Positions 34,810 to 37,796 of a stretch of 37,796 nt of DNA are shown here, one piece after another. The notes under the pieces were generated by a model. It was not told the origin of the DNA and did no database searches. It worked only from the letters and a program-made list of their open reading frames with translations. The stretch's first letter is position 1; the number at the start of each line of letters is the position of its first letter. Position numbers and translations under genes: made by a program. This stretch comes from a bacterium (GTDB lineage Bacteria; Patescibacteriota; Minisyncoccia; Phycocordibacterales; CAIRYW01), in NCBI GenBank assembly GCA_043744615.1, contig JAYTUJ010000005.1:1-37796 (forward strand), read 5' to 3'.

Positions 34810-35151
34810 TTACGATTTTTTTGCAGCAACAAGTGTGTGTCCACTAAAGAGCCACGTGAGTGGAATATGTCCGGGTGACCAACCATACGAAGTGATTTCA
34901 TATACCGCAACACACTGTTTACCATCTTTTTGCTCGATAATCGACGGAAACACAATGAGTGTGCACTCAGGTATTTCTTTAGTCAGAGCCTTAATAGTGT
35001 CGCGGTTCAGATATTTATAATCACAAATGGTAACAGGTTCATATTCTTGATGATCAAGCTTTTCTCGAGCTCGACGTACAAAAAAATTTCCAGAAAATTT
35101 ATCCTTGGGATAAAAGACAGAAACGAGTTCAATGTTGTCTTGTAGCTTCAT
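34810..35151 (-). CDS. Hypothetical protein
   Basis: 113-aa ORF with its own terminator. I recognise no family. Confidence 0.55.
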   Translation of the reverse strand: MKLQDNIELVSVFYPKDKFSGNFFVRRAREKLDHQEYEPVTICDYKYLNRDTIKALTKEIPECTLIVFPSIIEQKDGKQCVAVYEITSYGWSPGHIPLTWLFSGHTLVAAKKS

Positions 35152-35261
35152 AATATTAGTAAGTTTGATTGTGTGGTATTGGTGTTAATTGTTTGGAATC
35201 TTAATTTTATTATTTTACATACAAAACTCTGACGTTCGTCAGAAAATCGTAAATTATAAAA

Positions 35262-35296
35262 GAACAAAAAACCAGCTCTTGGGTGAAGAGCTGGTT
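35262..35296 (-). terminator. Rho-independent terminator of the orphan small transcription unit
   Basis: AACCAGCTCTT / loop / AAGAGCTGGTT gives a perfect 11-bp stem. On the minus strand it is followed by TTTTTTGTTCTTTT. Confidence 0.75.
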
Positions 35297-35322
35297 TGTA
35301 TTTCAAAATTATCTTAAAGTCA

Positions 35323-35418
35323 TTATTTTGATACACAAATCAACCCTTCATTCGTTATGTAACGAATACTAAGAAGGGCGACCGACTTTTTTAATTGTGT
35401 ACCTGAAAACAATTTCAT
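35323..35418 (-). other. Orphan small unit: a 31-codon near-leaderless ORF or a structured sRNA
   Basis: The ATG lies 8 nt after the -10. It reads MKLFSGTQLKKSVALLSIRYITNEGLICVSK*. The same stretch forms the nested hairpin CCCTTC..ATTCGTT-ACAT-AACGAAT-GAAGGG. Confidence 0.35.
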
Positions 35419-35425
35419 TGAGTAA

Positions 35426-35454
35426 ATAGTATTATTTGAAGGGTGTTTTGTCAA
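35426..35454 (-). promoter_or_regulatory. Sigma70-like promoter
   Basis: On the minus strand: consensus TTGACA (35454-35449), 17-nt spacer, TACTAT (35431-35426). Confidence 0.5.
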
Positions 35455-35507
35455 TTTTATGTATAAAAAGTCTATAAATTACATGTTGTATTTGATACAA
35501 TTAACCT

Positions 35508-35933
35508 ATGAAAAAATATACTGTTGGTTTTATATTCAATTCTACTCTCGACAAAGTTTTACTTATTCACAAAAATCGACCCGATTGGCAAGCAGGAAAA
35601 ATTAATGGTCCAAGGGGAAAGTTTGAAGAGGGTGAAGACGGCTTTGACTGTATTGTTCGGGAAATTCGTGAAGAAACAAGTTTAGAAACCAAAAAAGAAG
35701 ATTGGGTGTACACAGGAAATATTTTTACCGATGTAATGAGTGTAGAATTTTTTGCACATATCCACAAAGGATCTGTTGATGATATAAAAAATATGACTGA
35801 TGAACCAGTTGAATGGTTTAATGTTTCTGCCCTACCGCAAAATACAATTAATAATATTCCGTGGCTTGTTTTAATTTCACTCGACAAACTAAAACATAAT
35901 GAATTCGAAAATTTTAGTATTAAATATAACTAA
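35508..35933 (+). CDS. Nudix hydrolase (MutT-like)
   Basis: 141 aa with an intact Nudix box, GKFEEGEDGFDCIVREIREETSL (Gx5Ex7REUxEExGU, with S replacing the last G). Confidence 0.85.
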   Translation: MKKYTVGFIFNSTLDKVLLIHKNRPDWQAGKINGPRGKFEEGEDGFDCIVREIREETSLETKKEDWVYTGNIFTDVMSVEFFAHIHKGSVDDIKNMTDEPVEWFNVSALPQNTINNIPWLVLISLDKLKHNEFENFSIKYN

Positions 35934-35959
35934 ACAATAACTAAACACTTTTTGTCTGT

Positions 35960-36904
35960 ATGCCGACTCCCCTTGAAATAAAAAAATTTAAACAAAAAAT
36001 TTTATCGTACTATAAAAAGAATAAACGGGTCATGCCGTGGCGTGATATTAGTGACCCATACAAGATTTTGGTGTCTGAGATTATGCTTCAACAAACACAA
36101 GTTACTCGGGTACTTGTTAAATATAAAGAATTTTTGGCAAAATTTGGGACTGTGCAAAAATTAGCGTCTGCTCCCCTGTCGGATGTTCTTATTGTATGGA
36201 AAGGCTTGGGTTACAATCGCCGTGCAATTTTTATTCACAAAACAGCACAAGCGATTGTATCTGAGTATAATGGAAAGTTTCCAAATAAAACTGAAGAATT
36301 ATTAAAACTTCCAGGAATCGGACAATCAACAGCAGGTGCGTTAATGGCATTTGCATTTAATAAGCCAGTAGTCTTTATTGAAACAAATATTCGAAGCGTG
36401 TTTATACATGAATTTTTTTCTCAAAAAGAATCCGAAAAAGATTCACCTAAAATTTCACAGAAAATTCATGACTCGCAAATTTTACCACTGATCGAAAAAA
36501 CGATAACTGGGGCGAATGGAATAAGTGATGCAAGTCACAAAAACCCTCGCGATTGGTATTATGCATTATATGACTACGGCACAATGCTTAAACAGACACT
36601 AAAAAAATCTGCTGGGGTCTCTGGAAATCCAAGCCAAAAAAGTGCTCATTATAATAGACAGTCTAAGTTTGAAGGCTCGAAGCGTCAGCTTCGAGCCCAC
36701 ATCCTTTCATATATTCTTGAACAAAAACAAAGCAAAACTTTATTAACAATCTCTACAATTGAAAAAGCCTACAAAACCATGTGGGTGAAACATATATCTT
36801 TGCAAAACAAAAAAATCACATACACGATAAAATCAATCGTCGAAGAACTCGCCAATGAAGGCTTCTTTTTTCTTAATGGGCAGTATATTAAATTAACGGT
36901 ATAA
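35960..36904 (+). CDS. mutY: MutY-like HhH-GPD adenine DNA glycosylase without Fe-S cluster cysteines
   Basis: 314 aa. PWRDISDPYKILVSEIMLQQTQV, GLGYNRRA and LPGIGQSTAGALMAFAF (HhH) are present. The protein contains no cysteine at all. Confidence 0.75.
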   Translation: MPTPLEIKKFKQKILSYYKKNKRVMPWRDISDPYKILVSEIMLQQTQVTRVLVKYKEFLAKFGTVQKLASAPLSDVLIVWKGLGYNRRAIFIHKTAQAIVSEYNGKFPNKTEELLKLPGIGQSTAGALMAFAFNKPVVFIETNIRSVFIHEFFSQKESEKDSPKISQKIHDSQILPLIEKTITGANGISDASHKNPRDWYYALYDYGTMLKQTLKKSAGVSGNPSQKSAHYNRQSKFEGSKRQLRAHILSYILEQKQSKTLLTISTIEKAYKTMWVKHISLQNKKITYTIKSIVEELANEGFFFLNGQYIKLTV

Positions 36905-36911
36905 TCTGTAC

Positions 36912-37796
36912 ATGCATCATTTTATAAAAGTAACCGAACATTATTTAGCGTCGATAGGAGTATTTGGATATGTTGTTATTTTTATTATTGCTCTTCTTGA
37001 ATCAACCCCTTTCATAGGAACACTTGTTCCTGGTGCCACCCTCATTGGTTTTGCTGGGTTTCTTGCATCACAAGGTTATTTTAGTTTTAGTCTTTTAGTC
37101 TTATTTTGTTCAATTGGCGCATTAACTGGGGATTTATTAGGTTTTTTTCTTGGAAAGAACGGTTCTCATTATTTTAAAAACGAAAACAAATTCTTAAAGC
37201 TTGAACACCTAAACAAAGGAGAAGCTTTTTTTAATAAACACGGCAAAAAAAGTATTTTTATTGCCCGTTTTATTGGGCCAATTCGAGCAATCGTTCCTTT
37301 TATTGCAGGACTCTCAAAAATGAAATTTCGTGAATTTATGTCATGGAACGCACTGAGTGCAATTTGTTGGGCATACGTCTATTTAGGAGTTGGCTACTTT
37401 TTTGGTAAAACTTTTGGCAAAATCGAAATTTGGATAACCCGAACAACAAGTTTAATTTTAATCTCTGCATTAATTTCTGGACTAATTATTTTTTACTATC
37501 GATTCATCCGAATACAACACATCAAAAAAGCAAACTTCTTAATCGCCTTAATATCGGTACTTATCTTTTTAACAATGAGTGCGTGCGTATTTTTAGGAAC
37601 TTCAACAAACAAACTTGATTTTTCTATCGTAGAAAACGTATCGCATATCAGAAGTACTTATGGGATCAGTCTTATGATGGCAATCACAAATCTTGGTGAC
37701 AAAATATTTATTATTGGAGCAACAATCATTCTTTCAATTGCACTTTTTTTACGAAAAAGAAAACAATTTTCGATTATACTTCTTGGATCAATCGCA
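36912..37796 (+). CDS. DedA-family membrane protein, probably fused to a C-terminal PAP2-like region (3' end off window)
   Basis: Not in the track because it has no stop. My translation reads MHHFIKVTEHYLASIGVFGYVVIFIIALLESTPFIGTLVPGATL...FFNKHGKKSIFIARFIGPIRAIVPFIAGLSKM..., the DedA/SNARE-associated core. The ORF continues through further TM segments to the window edge. Confidence 0.75.
   Translation, partial: MHHFIKVTEHYLASIGVFGYVVIFIIALLESTPFIGTLVPGATLIGFAGFLASQGYFSFSLLVLFCSIGALTGDLLGFFLGKNGSHYFKNENKFLKLEHLNKGEAFFNKHGKKSIFIARFIGPIRAIVPFIAGLSKMKFREFMSWNALSAICWAYVYLGVGYFFGKTFGKIEIWITRTTSLILISALISGLIIFYYRFIRIQHIKKANFLIALISVLIFLTMSACVFLGTSTNKLDFSIVENVSHIRSTYGISLMMAITNLGDKIFIIGATIILSIALFLRKRKQFSIILLGSIA

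Noticed and set aside
35148-35336. 62-aa minus-strand ORF from the track
   Set aside because: It reads straight through a strong terminator hairpin, overlaps the start of the 34810-35151 gene and has low-complexity content. The small promoter-to-terminator unit explains the region better.

Overview
Visibly AT-rich, tightly packed bacterial DNA with almost no Shine-Dalgarno sequences. Gene content and style (small secretin-less type IV pilus locus, short SecA, degenerate enzymes, many tiny membrane proteins) suggest a reduced-genome Patescibacteria/CPR (Parcubacteria-like) chromosome; that assignment is inference. Standard genetic code. Layout: (i) 1-17.3 kb, all minus strand, housekeeping and envelope-precursor genes (obg, MYG1-like, AI-2E permease, iPGM-like, glmS, HAD, yvcK-like, cytidylyltransferase, secA, an unannotated 35-aa Lys/Ala-rich gene, murB, His-rich membrane protein, gatA, gatC, ligA). 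(ii) 17.3-28.9 kb, minus strand, a complete secretin-less type IV pilus locus: 4 minor pilins, pilD, 2 pilins, pilC, pilT, an orphan receiver domain, pilB, a Thr/Ser-rich anchor protein and pilO/N/M-like genes, with a divergent comF. (iii) 29.6-35.5 kb, strand switch into a loosely packed accessory islet. It opens with a perfect 31-bp inverted repeat that includes the comF stop codon and a tRNA-Ser(GCU). It then holds two paralogous type-II tRNA-like genes whose anticodon folds as ACU (one intact, one with a broken acceptor stem), small membrane proteins, a catalytically degenerate Nudix-fold protein, a MazF/PemK N-terminal remnant, a DUF2019-like protein, a possible PvcA/DIT1-like protein, a Bro-N fragment and an orphan promoter-hairpin-terminator unit. 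(iv) 35.5-37.8 kb, Nudix hydrolase, a cysteine-free MutY-like glycosylase and a partial DedA-family protein. No CRISPR array, rRNA, integrase or transposase was seen. I found no clearly novel multi-gene system. The most unusual signals are the ACU tRNA pair, the comF-end inverted repeat, and the orphan receiver embedded in the pilus motor operon.
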